Assembly: GCA_003614675.1 (NCBI GenBank)
Contig: ML002424.1
Location: 1-32,375 of the forward strand
Reading direction: 5' to 3'
Source of the DNA: Dimargaris cristalligena
Taxonomy: Eukaryota
DNA length: 32,375 nt
Position numbers and translations under genes: made by a program
Part shown: positions 12,265-22,509 of the stretch, piece by piece
Position numbering within the stretch: the first letter of the stretch is position 1
How the letters are laid out: the number at the start of each line of letters is the position of its first letter
The notes under the pieces: model-generated
Database searches by the model: none
What the model was told of the DNA's origin: nothing
The model's input: only the letters and a program-made list of their open reading frames with translations

Positions 12265-13347
12265 TTAATTGCGCTTCTTGCCAATATTAATGTAGCCGGT
12301 ACCCACACAAGTCAAAAGGACCGTTTTCGTAGCCGGGTCGGGCTTAATCTTAAATGTTACGCCGAACATCTGTTTCAGGTCCCGCAGATACTGTATCGTG
12401 AATTCGGTGAGTTTACCGAGTCGGACTTTGGACACGTCTTCGGAACTCAGGACCATCATGAGTAAGGCCATCCACTGGGTATTGCTATCGAAGACACCGC
12501 CGCGATCGATTTCCTTGAGCAGCTGTTTAGCCGCGAGGCGACCGAATTCTTCGGGGGGCTGATCGGAGGAGCCGGCCATTTCGGCGGACAAGAGAGCACC
12601 GGTCGTACTTTCAGCAACCAGCGATATGCCATACCCGGATGAACGACCGGCGTCGGCCCCTTTGAAGACATCGGTGTAGAGATAGATATCGGGGATAAAC
12701 CGGTTGAGGACGGACCGGGCCGAACTGACCACCCGGTTGGGAATTTCGGGGGCCACTCGGGTGGAGTAAATGATACCCCGGATGCGTTTGATCCGGCCCT
12801 CGTCGACTAACTGGACGGGCTGGACTCCGTTGGCGATGGGACAGCTAAAGTGCACTTCACCGCCGCCCAGGGGGGCCGACCCCCGTTTGGCAATCCGTAA
12901 TTGGGCGTCTTCAGCCACGCCGAACTTGAGCAGTTGCGGTAAAGCGACGGTACGCAGCGTGTCCACCGACAGGTCCAGATCGTTGGAAGTCACCCCCGTC
13001 AGGCGAACCGTGAGCGGGTTCTTACAGAACGGGGCCAGCACCAGCAGGGCTTCGAGAAAATAGCCAATGCCCCGACTGGAGGGACAATCGTGGTTGATTT
13101 TACCGCCGGTCAGAATGCCGGGTTTGTAGATCATGGAGGTACCGGTGTAGCCAATGTCAATGGTTGAACCGTTGGAAATTTTATCGAGGAGGCGGAGGAA
13201 ACTGGCTTCGAAATCCTCCAGACCGGGCCGTTCGGCTTGGTGCCGGATTTTATCAATTTTCACGACGCGGCCGGCCAGCGTGGCCATGACCAGACGCTGG
13301 CGGAAGTAATTGTGGCCCTCGTATTTAAGAACCAGGGTGCTGCTCAT
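12265..13347 (-). CDS. RCL1: RNA 3'-terminal phosphate cyclase-like protein Rcl1 (18S rRNA biogenesis)
   Basis: YEGHNYFRQRLVMATLAG, PGLEDFEASFLRLLDKISNGS, KRGSAPLGGGEVHF, GRIKRIRG, IQYLRDLKQMFGVTFKI, CVGTGYIN. Intronless, 360 aa. Confidence 0.97.
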   Translation of the reverse strand: MSSTLVLKYEGHNYFRQRLVMATLAGRVVKIDKIRHQAERPGLEDFEASFLRLLDKISNGSTIDIGYTGTSMIYKPGILTGGKINHDCPSSRGIGYFLEALLVLAPFCKNPLTVRLTGVTSNDLDLSVDTLRTVALPQLLKFGVAEDAQLRIAKRGSAPLGGGEVHFSCPIANGVQPVQLVDEGRIKRIRGIIYSTRVAPEIPNRVVSSARSVLNRFIPDIYLYTDVFKGADAGRSSGYGISLVAESTTGALLSAEMAGSSDQPPEEFGRLAAKQLLKEIDRGGVFDSNTQWMALLMMVLSSEDVSKVRLGKLTEFTIQYLRDLKQMFGVTFKIKPDPATKTVLLTCVGTGYINIGKKRN

Positions 13348-14036
13348 GGTCGACGGAGTGGTGGGGCCGGCTACGGGAGCGGGTAAATATAAGTGGGGGG
13401 GGTAGATTCCTACAAGAGGAGAGAGGATCGGGCAATGCTTATAGTACAGAGAACATGGAAGAGAAACGACGATGCAACAAAAGGAATAGGCTGGCGGTAA
13501 AAAACACCATATACGAGTAAACCACTTGGCTTTGCAGTTTGAGTGCTAATCAAGTTGACTTTTCTTTAAGGGTGGAGAGGGTTGAACATACAGATTAAAA
13601 AAAGAACAAACGAAAAATTACTATAGTACATGGAGCCTACAAACTGGGTAGTTAGGCGACTGTTAAAAATCATATAGAAATGCTAGAAAAATTGGCCCTT
13701 GGAACTGGTAGAGGGATAGGTAAAAATAGGCACGTGACTTGACTAGAGCCACATTTTATTTACAGTGCAGGGTATAACCTCCCCTCTGGACAGCATAGCG
13801 TGTAGACCGATTTAATACCAGTAATAAAAATGATTTACACTGCCATATTATCACTTTACCAACTAAACTATTGAGGTATTATAGCAAATAACTTTATTCA
13901 GCTAGAAATAGACAACCGGGCAATATGAGGCAGGCACGGAGGACATTGATTCATATTCACAGACCCCAGACTTAAATCAATCAATCAAGAATAAAAAATG
14001 AAAAACCTCACTCCACCCCCCGCAAATAGGCGCAAC

Positions 14037-15275
14037 TCAGAGGCGATATTCGCGAAGGACGACGGGAACACTGGTGAATGGAATCATGCCAACTTCGGTA
14101 ATGGCCATGCTGAGGTATTCGGTGGGCGTCACATCGTACATGAGGGTCAGCAGATTTAGGTTATTAACGGATTTCCAATTGGTGAGCGAGGCGGCCGGGT
14201 CAATGGGCGAGCCGTCCTTATGGGCGGCCAAATCATGAGGGTCGCCCAATTCGTTCATGACGACCGAGTCGAGTTGGACCCGCTCGGTGAATTTGTAAAT
14301 TTCGGAAAAGACAATCACGGGAATATTGCGCCGATGGGCGGTCATAGCCACCAGGGCCGTACCGGCCCGGGAAAACAGGGCGCCGTTGGCCAGAACGGCG
14401 TGGGTCCCCAAAAACACTTTAGTGGCCTCCTTCATTGTGGAGCTAATGGAGTTGATGTAAGCGTAGGTGCACGCTAGGCCCGCCGTAGCCAAATCCCGGA
14501 GCAACTTCAGGCCCTCCAATAACGGACGGGAATCGATGACAATGACCCGGAACTGGATACCGGCCTGGTGGGCGGCAATAAGCAGGGTCTTGACGATGGA
14601 CGAGCAAGCGTAGGTCAATACGACATCACCGTCCTGGATTTTCTGCAGGCCGTATTGGACAATCAGGCGGTCGGCGGCGGTGATGCGGTCGCGGATAAAT
14701 TCATCGATTTTTTCAATGAGCTGCCCTTTGGCGTCGCTCTCGGGCAGATCGATATCCAGGATGGAGATGTGGTACTTGAGGAAGCGGATGGCGTTACCCA
14801 TGGTGACGGCCATGGGGCGCATACTGACGAGGTAACTGATTTGGATGGACAAATAAGTGGGCAAGTGGCGGCACAGGGTGGTTTGGGACGGGGTTTGGTA
14901 ATCCTCAATCACTTGTTTGAAGGCATTGAGCATGGCCAGGCAGCGGGCCGTGGACCCGCAGATTTTAAGCTCGGCGAACTGGAGGCCGAGGGAGCGCACA
15001 CAGGGATGCACGCCCGAGGGGGCCTGGGCGGTGGTGGCCGGGTACTCCCGCTCCTCCAAATGGGCGAACAAGGGGGAGATTTTTTTCGCAGCGGGGGTAG
15101 AGGAGGAGGAGGCTGCTCCGCCCTTGGAGGCGTTGTTGACCTTGGCGGCTTTCCCGGGGCCTGCGTTTTTCGGAGCCTGCTTGGCGGGCTTTTCGCTCTT
15201 GGGAGCCTTGGCCTTGGGCTTCGGGGTATTGCTGGCCGACGGTAGCCGGGGGCTGGACGATGCTGAATTACTCAT
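14037..15275 (-). CDS. GCD2: Translation initiation factor eIF2B subunit delta
   Basis: Lys/Ala-rich N-tail, LFAHL, ICGSTARCLAMLNAFKQVIEDY, RPMAVTMGNAIRFLK, DSRPLLEG, ERVQLDSVVMNELGDP, YDVTPTEY, PFTSVPVVLRE. Confidence 0.96.
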   Translation of the reverse strand: MSNSASSSPRLPSASNTPKPKAKAPKSEKPAKQAPKNAGPGKAAKVNNASKGGAASSSSTPAAKKISPLFAHLEEREYPATTAQAPSGVHPCVRSLGLQFAELKICGSTARCLAMLNAFKQVIEDYQTPSQTTLCRHLPTYLSIQISYLVSMRPMAVTMGNAIRFLKYHISILDIDLPESDAKGQLIEKIDEFIRDRITAADRLIVQYGLQKIQDGDVVLTYACSSIVKTLLIAAHQAGIQFRVIVIDSRPLLEGLKLLRDLATAGLACTYAYINSISSTMKEATKVFLGTHAVLANGALFSRAGTALVAMTAHRRNIPVIVFSEIYKFTERVQLDSVVMNELGDPHDLAAHKDGSPIDPAASLTNWKSVNNLNLLTLMYDVTPTEYLSMAITEVGMIPFTSVPVVLREYRL

Positions 15276-16168
15276 CGGAAGTGGCTACTGTGTAATAATG
15301 CGAAAGGTTGGGGGATACAGAGGACGGAATAAACAGAAATAAGGGGCGGGGTTGAATAGAAGAGCCCAAAAGCCGGGGATTGGTAAGGGATTAAGTGGGT
15401 AGTAGACCAATGGGCGAAATAAAATTGGAAGGCGCTGGGAAATGAATCATAAGGTGAGTCAACAGCAGACGATGGGAGCTGATCAAGGAAGGTGTGTAGT
15501 TTCCATTGGAGTGATGTGGCAGCTCTTGGTAAATGAATTGGACGCAGGCGGGGACTTGGGGAACGCTTCAGTGGATCTGTAGGGCCTGCCTGTACCACTT
15601 TTGGCGGGCTAAGCTCCCGAAGCCCCTCCCCACTAACCAACTAACTGTACCCATTAAGAAGTACTGCTGATGGTACAGACAATGCCTTCTCGGCTTGGGC
15701 ACAAAGGTAATAAACCGAAGAGCCTCTTTTCATTTATCCGCCCTTGGAAGATGGAAGAGCCCTGTGTCACATAAACCCGGATTGATAAGATGATACCTTC
15801 AACTGCAGTCTAAGTATTTCCAGAATTTACCCGAGCGCCAAGGAATTGTTAATGATTCTTTAGGGGCGCATTGTACAGTGACGACCCTAACTATAATAGG
15901 GCGCAGTTTATAGTTAACTAGTTAGTGGGGAATTGAACCAGTAAGAAGTAAGGGTATCCCTCCCTCCAGTCTCTGAAAATCGTGGTATCAAGCACCTTGG
16001 CCACTTCTCCCTTTCTATGTTTACGCCCCTTTCCCCATCTTCTCCATCTAAACTCCCCCGACTCCATTCATAGTTACTTAACCCTCTAACTAACCCGGAT
16101 CCCTCCTTACCTTAACTCCCCTTCTTTATACCTCGAGCCAGCCCTCCTTTCCTCCCTCCAGTTTAACC
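15276..16168. promoter_or_regulatory. Divergent intergenic region shared by GCD2 (-) and SGT2 (+)
   Basis: Head-to-head start codons ~0.9 kb apart, with pyrimidine-rich tracts leading into each ATG. Confidence 0.55.
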
Positions 16169-17591
16169 ATGGACGACACTCAGCGCAAATTGGTCGTGGC
16201 CATCATTGACTACCTGCAGGGCTCCATCGCCAACAACACCGTCCACAGCTCCAATGCCGAGTCCCTTGAAGGTAAAGAAGCGACCGTTTGCCCCTAGGAA
16301 GCCAGCTTGTCTGAACAGGTTTTCGTTGAAATTCTTGCCTGTCTTCTAGAGCAATATCTTGTGCAATAACCCACCCTCATGTCCCTTGCTGCGATTGATA
16401 ATTCCCTATTTAGTGGCCATCGACTGCATCGCCGAGTCCTTCGGCGTGGATTTAAGCGACGAGGCCCAGCGCTCCCAGCTGTCCATCAAACCCGCCACCC
16501 TGCAAAATGTGTTCGATATCTACTTGAAGACCCAGGACAAGATGGCTGCCAAGAAGGTGAGTACAGTCGAGCTCATGTGAATCCACCTGAATTATACTCT
16601 CCATTGATTTGCCATGCTCCCCTTTCCATAATTATCAGCCCACGTGTTTATCTCCCTATCAACGTACCATGCCATTTATACTACCCTCCTTGCATAGACT
16701 GCTTCCTCCAACGACTCCGCGAGTGGCGCTTCGGACGACTACCCCGCCCCTTTAACCGACGAGCAAAAGGCCAAGGCCGAGGAGCTCAAGGCCGCCGGTA
16801 ACAAGGCCCTCAGTAGCCAGCAGTACGCCGACGCCATCCGTCTCTACACCGAGGCCATCGCCATCAACCCCCACAACCACATCTACTTTGCCAACCGGTC
16901 GGCCGCTTACAGCCAGAGTGGCGACTTCAACAAGTCCGTCGATGACGCCAATGCCGCCATTCGTTTAGCCCCCCAATACGCCAAGGCATACAGCCGCCTG
17001 GCCCATGCCTACTACGGCCTGAAGCAATTCGACCTGGCCGTCAAGGCCTACGACCAGTGCCTGGAACTGGAGCCCAACAACGCCAACATTATCACCTCCC
17101 GGTCGGTTGCCCAACGTCGCCTCGAAGAGTCTGACGCTGCCATTTCCCCTCGCTCCGAAGGCTCCGATAGCCAAGCCGCAACTACCACCTCCTCGGCGGA
17201 CGGATCATCGTCGGCGAATACCGGTGAGGCCGGGGCCCGCGGACCCGGTGCGGGCATGGATTTCAATGGTTTGCTTAATAACCCCGCTCTCATGAACATG
17301 GCCAGTCAGATGATGGGTAACGGCGGTTTGGCTAACCTCATGAGTAATCCTGCTATTCGCCAGATGGCCCAAAGTATGATGGGCGGTGGTGCTGGTGGCG
17401 GTGACTCGGCTGACCCTATGGCCTCGATGATGAACAACCCCCAGATGCGCGAGATGGCCCAACAGTTTATGAGCGGCAATAATCCCGGTGGTGCCGATTC
17501 CGATAATCCTATGGCTGCCTTTGCCAATAACCCCGACCTGCGCGGTATGGCCGAGCAGTTCATGCGGGGCCAGGGTAATAACAACCAATAG
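16169..17591 (+). CDS. SGT2: Small glutamine-rich TPR co-chaperone Sgt2/SGTA, 3 exons: 16169-16271, 16414-16556, 16698-17591; 379 aa
   Basis: Dimerisation domain KLVVAIIDYL...ESLE|VAIDCIAESFGV. TPR repeats AEELKAAGNKAL..YADAIRLYTEAIAINP..YFANRSAAY..YAKAYSRL. Met-rich NNP repeats at the C-terminus. GT-AG introns keep frame (103+143+894=1140 nt). Confidence 0.95.
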
Positions 17592-18651
17592 CTCCTTAAG
17601 CCACACCACACGTTGGTAGGACGCGCGACTGATGAAAGAGGTGCACTTCTAGCCTAATTGCCCCCTTTAGGTCGATTGGTTTGCTTTATCAGCGGCAAAT
17701 CCATTGGAGGCGTTTGGTGGCCTCCCATCGACACCACCCCTCCGATGTCCTTTCAACCGGTTAGCCCTGAGTCAACGGCGCCTCCTTTTTACCCTCAAGC
17801 GCCATCCGCTTTTTCTAAATCAAAAATGTTTTAAAGTGCTATGTGATTTTCTTGAATACCCATAGCCACAAAATGGTTACCATTGAGTTTTGGACGAATA
17901 TCCGTTGTTGTTTATTTGGAGGGGATGAAGGCTATTAGGCGACAACCAATTTTCTTTCATTAAAAGTCGGACATTACCTGTCTCTTACTAGATATATAAT
18001 ACCAATTATAGGCTGTACTTTGTAGTATAGTATTTTTGGAATGTTCAGCTCTTCCTTGTAACTTGGAAGGATTGCACCATGGTAACTACAGTATTATGGC
18101 CGCTTCGGCGGCTGGGCCATACAAGTAAAAAAATTGAAGGATGGCAAAGCGGATGCTCTAAAACAACCAGCATAGATAAATATAAACATTGATCCGATTG
18201 ATTTCCCAAATCCCGGTTCATTATTTTCAGCTTTAGGTGGACTGCCTTTTTGAAACCACCTTAATACGCTATATACTATACGTTGACACATTAAGTCTCA
18301 AATTAGAGGCAAAAAGACCCTATGGGAGATGATGTGATACTATTGGTCTGAACAGCGGGCCCAGTTGTTTGCAGGCCAGCCACATTGCAAGTTTTCCTTT
18401 GGCCTGGGCTGAATTTCGTGCTTTCCCTGCACAACCCAAGGTAGCCAGTATTGTTTAGCCTTTCTTTCCCGTATTTTTTTTAGTATATACTTATTTTAAT
18501 AGAAACCTCCCTATTTTTCAATCCACTGTAGCTCCCCATTCTATTCATTTGAGGCATACACCACATGACACATTCACTTCTTCTTCACTAAATTATATTT
18601 TCCCAAACCAGCCATTGACTTGCGAAGTCTCCTTTGTTGGTTAGGTCGACC

Positions 18652-21069
18652 ATGAGTGCCACTTTGCCCAAGTCCGAGGACGATTCGTCCAGCTCACCCC
18701 ACTTCCACATGGCCGTTCCCGAGCCACCTGACACTCCCCCCTCTGCCACGCCCGTCTCCGACGAAGAAACCCAAACCATCGAAGCATTCAAGCTTAACCT
18801 CCGCTACAAGGCCCTACTGCAACAGCAATTGGAGCAGGTCCAGCAGCTTCACCAACAGAACCTCCAATTCCAACGGCGGCTGGTCGAAATTGCTGGTCCC
18901 CAGCGAGGTCGACGTTTGCCGCGCCAGCAAGCGCCAGTCCAGCCGAACCCCTCCGCCCTGACTAGCGGTTCCAGAACCCGCCTCGGCGCTAGTAACCCTT
19001 TCAGCCCTTCCGATGTCCCAGCCACGGACCTGGTTCAAGCCGCGGCTGAATCGGAGGGTAATCCCAACTTGGCCGATATCCTCAGCCTATCCGAGAATTT
19101 GGTGTCCATGGCTGCCAATATGAAAATTGGTCAATTCGGCAGTACCCCGGTCTCGCACGAACCCGATAACCCCCCTCTGGATTCGGACGGCGGGGGTTGT
19201 TCGTCCGACGGTGAGCAAGTATCGTACGAACACCGGAAGGTGCGGCTGAACCGCCACCGTACGGTGGCCAAAGTACCCGGAACGGTCACCAAATGGGACG
19301 TACTGGCCAAACATATCGAAATGGACCAGCAGTTTGAGCCCTACTTTGTGGATATTAACGGTGAAATACCCCCCAAGAACGCCGATGCCCTCTTACGGGA
19401 ACGGCATCCCAGTGTGCTCGATCGGTTTAATCGGTGGACTTCCAAAGAACGCCAGGCTTTGTCTGAGGGGGTGCGAGCCCAGAACAAGCGGATCATCGCT
19501 GAAATGATGAGTACCTCGTAAGTTGTGATTTGCTTTTTATATTCCTACTATACGATAGGGACCCGCTTGTAGAGTGATTCTCATTTACCTACCCGAGTCT
19601 ATATACGTATTCCTGCGTACCCCTTGATATAGCTAACTGTCTTTATTCCTTAATCCTACACTATACTATATATGTCTATACCTTTTGGGCAATTCTGTAG
19701 AAATGATCCGAATGCATCCCTCTGGGATGTTAATAAAGTCCCCAAGGCTGAGCTAGAGCGGAATCTAGAGGGTCTGGACTGGATTGAGATTTCACGCGAC
19801 TTTGTGCGGTCCCGACAGCCCAATGAATGCATTATCCAATGGACGTGCCATGACCACCCTATCATCAACAAGGATGCCTGGACCCCCGAGGAGACCGACC
19901 AGCTGATGCAATTGGTCAAGCAAAGTACGCCGCGGCGCTGGCCCCAACTGGCCGAGAAGCTGCAAACCAACCGAACGGCGGTCCAATGCTTTCAACGCTA
20001 CCAGGAGATCATCACGACCACCAACGTCGTGAAACGGCGCTGGACCCCGGAAGAAGACATGTTGCTGTACGAGGCCGTCCAAACGTACGGGGAGAAGAAC
20101 TGGCAACAAATTGCCCACGTTCTGGAAACCCGTACCGGCCAGCAGTGCCTGCACCGGTGGGCCAAAAGTATCAACCCCATTATCCGCCGGGGTCGGTGGA
20201 CCCCCGCCGAGGACCGGGCCCTCATCGCGGCCGTCGAGATCTTCGGTCCGACCCAGTGGCGCCAAGTCCAACTTTACGTCTCGTCCCGAACGGACGTGCA
20301 ATGTCGGGAACGGTACATGAATACCCTGAACCCCGACGTGAACCAAGGTCCCTGGACCCCCCAGGAGGATCGGGCCCTGATTCGGGTGGTTCAGGATATT
20401 GGACTGGGTAAATGGTCCCAGGTGGCGACCCGGATGGACAATCGGACCGATAATCTGTGTTGGCGCCGCTGGAAGAGTCTGGTTAAGAAAAAAGTGTTTG
20501 ACCCCGCGGTGATACTCCATCCCGATCAGGTTGGCGGCGAGATTGTCCTCAATTACCCTACCGACGAGGTGGGGTTTGTGCTGGATCCGGATAATTTGCC
20601 CGAAAAATTAAAGAAACAGACCACCGCAGCGGCCACTACCACCACCACCACCACCTCCTCTCCAGTCGGTGATGTGGATCCGACCTCCGACCCTGAGCTC
20701 CGTTCCAGGGAGAAGGAGGGGCAAGAACAAGAACAAGAACAAGAACAAGAGGAAGAGGGAGAGGGAGAGGGGGGGAAGGAATGGGGGGAAGAGAACGAGG
20801 ATGACCCCGAGTCCGGGCGGGCCAAACTGCACCCCTTTTTCCGGTCCGGACCCACCATGGTCGTCAAGGCCCAGTGCGACGACTCCAGCGGCAAGGTGAT
20901 GGTCGAACCCGCCCCCAATGACATTATAGCCAACCTCCGCAAACGACCCCCTAAGCCCCCTCCCTCCCCCCGTAAGCCCCGTCCCGTCAAAACAGATCAA
21001 CCGAAACGGAAACGCGGTCGTCCCCGTAAGGTTGTACCGGCCAATATTGAGGAAACGAATCATCTTTAG
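18652..21069 (+). CDS. SNAPC4: SNAPc large subunit-like (SNAPC4/SNAP190) multi-Myb-repeat protein with a C-terminal AT-hook; exons 18652-19517, 19701-21069; 744 aa
   Basis: N-terminal coiled coil LNLRYKALLQQQLEQVQQLHQQN, then PYFVDINGEIPPKNAD and RWTSKERQALSEGV. A half Myb repeat (LDWIEIS...ECIIQW) and four Myb repeats (WTPEE, WTPEED, WTPAED, WTPQED) follow, then KRKRGRPRK. Intron GTAAGT(19518)...TAG(19700) keeps frame. The Myb call is firm; orthology comes from recalled motif similarity. Confidence 0.82.
20632..20775 (+). repeat. Coding microsatellites (ACC)n, (GAACAA)4 and (GAGGGA)n in the Myb-protein linker
   Basis: Directly visible; they encode poly-Thr, (EQ)n and (EG)n. Confidence 0.85.
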
Positions 21070-21617
21070 TTAATTGGAAACACGGGGATAGTAGTTAATA
21101 AATACGAGTTCCTTATCATCTGGTGGGATTGGTTTAAACGGTGGGCATATCCAACTCGACGGTGAAGGGTGTGACAATTTCCTCCCCAATGATTAACAGT
21201 ACGGATGAAAGCGCCTGTATTTCGTTAATAAGGAGCTGAGGGACATTCAATAAACCTACATGTGGTTGGATATCAAATAGCTTGTTGCCGTCATTTCACT
21301 CCAGCCTCTATCGAGTTCCATGATATACATTTAAGAGAAATCTTGTTTAATGGAATGTGGTATAATCCGACTAGACAGGTCCATATAAATGGGCCTCCCA
21401 GGTAAAGAGCACCATGAGCTGTTTCAACCCGAGCTTACTCAACAGATGATAGTAGGTAGGGGGTATTGCTAACTAAGTGATTGTAATATAGTCACTAACT
21501 GGGGGGGGGGCAGCATAGGAGAAATAAACTGCAATAACTACCAGTACCATCCTAATAGCATCTGTAAGACACTTAGGACATATGGTGAAGTATAGGGTCA
21601 GAAGACATGGGTGTCGA

Positions 21618-22375
21618 CTGGGCTTAATTATACGGCACTATATATAGGATGGCAGTACTGAAATGGTGATTTGGTATCATCGCATATCCGAATATATACA
21701 AATATATATGTATAAAAAATCAAACAGCATTAGGGAAATATTACCAGTCAGTACCATACCTATCCGCATGGATTCGGGTATCATAAATCCATCAAGTATT
21801 ACTTTGAAACGCTCATACAAAACAAGACAGCTAACAAATGCCATACATGGTTAGCTAGTGCATTCATAAAAATTAGCTGATGATATGCATATTCTCTTGG
21901 CTAACACCCCCCGACGATATTAAAATGTTATTCTGCATCCCTTTAGTTTAATAGCGCCATTGCAGTGGCAAAGATTGGCTTACAAGCTGGACCAGCAGGC
22001 TCTTTGGATTATTTGGCCTCAGGTATCAATAGAAAAACAGACCCAGTCCTCGACATTGAAATACGTATAATTTAGTTATAGTCCTGACCAATACTGGGTC
22101 ACCAAGACATGTGTATGGAGATCGTTTTACAAATTGAACCCAAGCTCGACATTTTTTTTCTAAGCATCACAATTAGACACCCACAGCGGTAAGAAGCCGG
22201 TTGTACCATGGTGAATTTCAGCGGGTGCCCTTTAAAACTAGGGTTTTGCTCCACATGTGATTTACCAAAGGCGAACGTGCCATCGGAGCTCCCTGTTCGG
22301 AGGCCAACCCATTATAATATCTAATTAAGCCATGTCTATGGCCGCTTGATAATCAATGCTGGGTGAAATTCGGCT
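21618..22375 (+). repeat. Diverged non-coding direct repeat paralogous to ~28841-29330
   Basis: GGATGGCAGTACTG......TGATTTGGTATCA....ATATCCGAATATATAC (21647) vs GGATGGTAGTACTG......TGATTTGGAATCA....ATATCCGAATATATAC (28870). TGTCTA..GATAA..TGCT..GAAAT.CG at ~22333 vs ~29281. Confidence 0.6.
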
Positions 22376-22509
22376 TGGTTGTGCAAAGTTTTGCGCGATA
22401 TAGTTACCGGTTAAATATAAGTGACGGGTCCGAATATTAACGGACTATTACTAAATGGGCAAGAAAACACGAAGGAGCCTCCCAGCGCAAGGTAGCGGCG
22501 GGGGCACTT

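Noticed and set aside
14568-15245. Long antisense/alternative-frame ORFs over GCD2 (also over CTF4, RCL1, SGT2 and the Myb gene)
   Set aside because: Shadow ORFs expected from GC-rich codon bias of the real genes.
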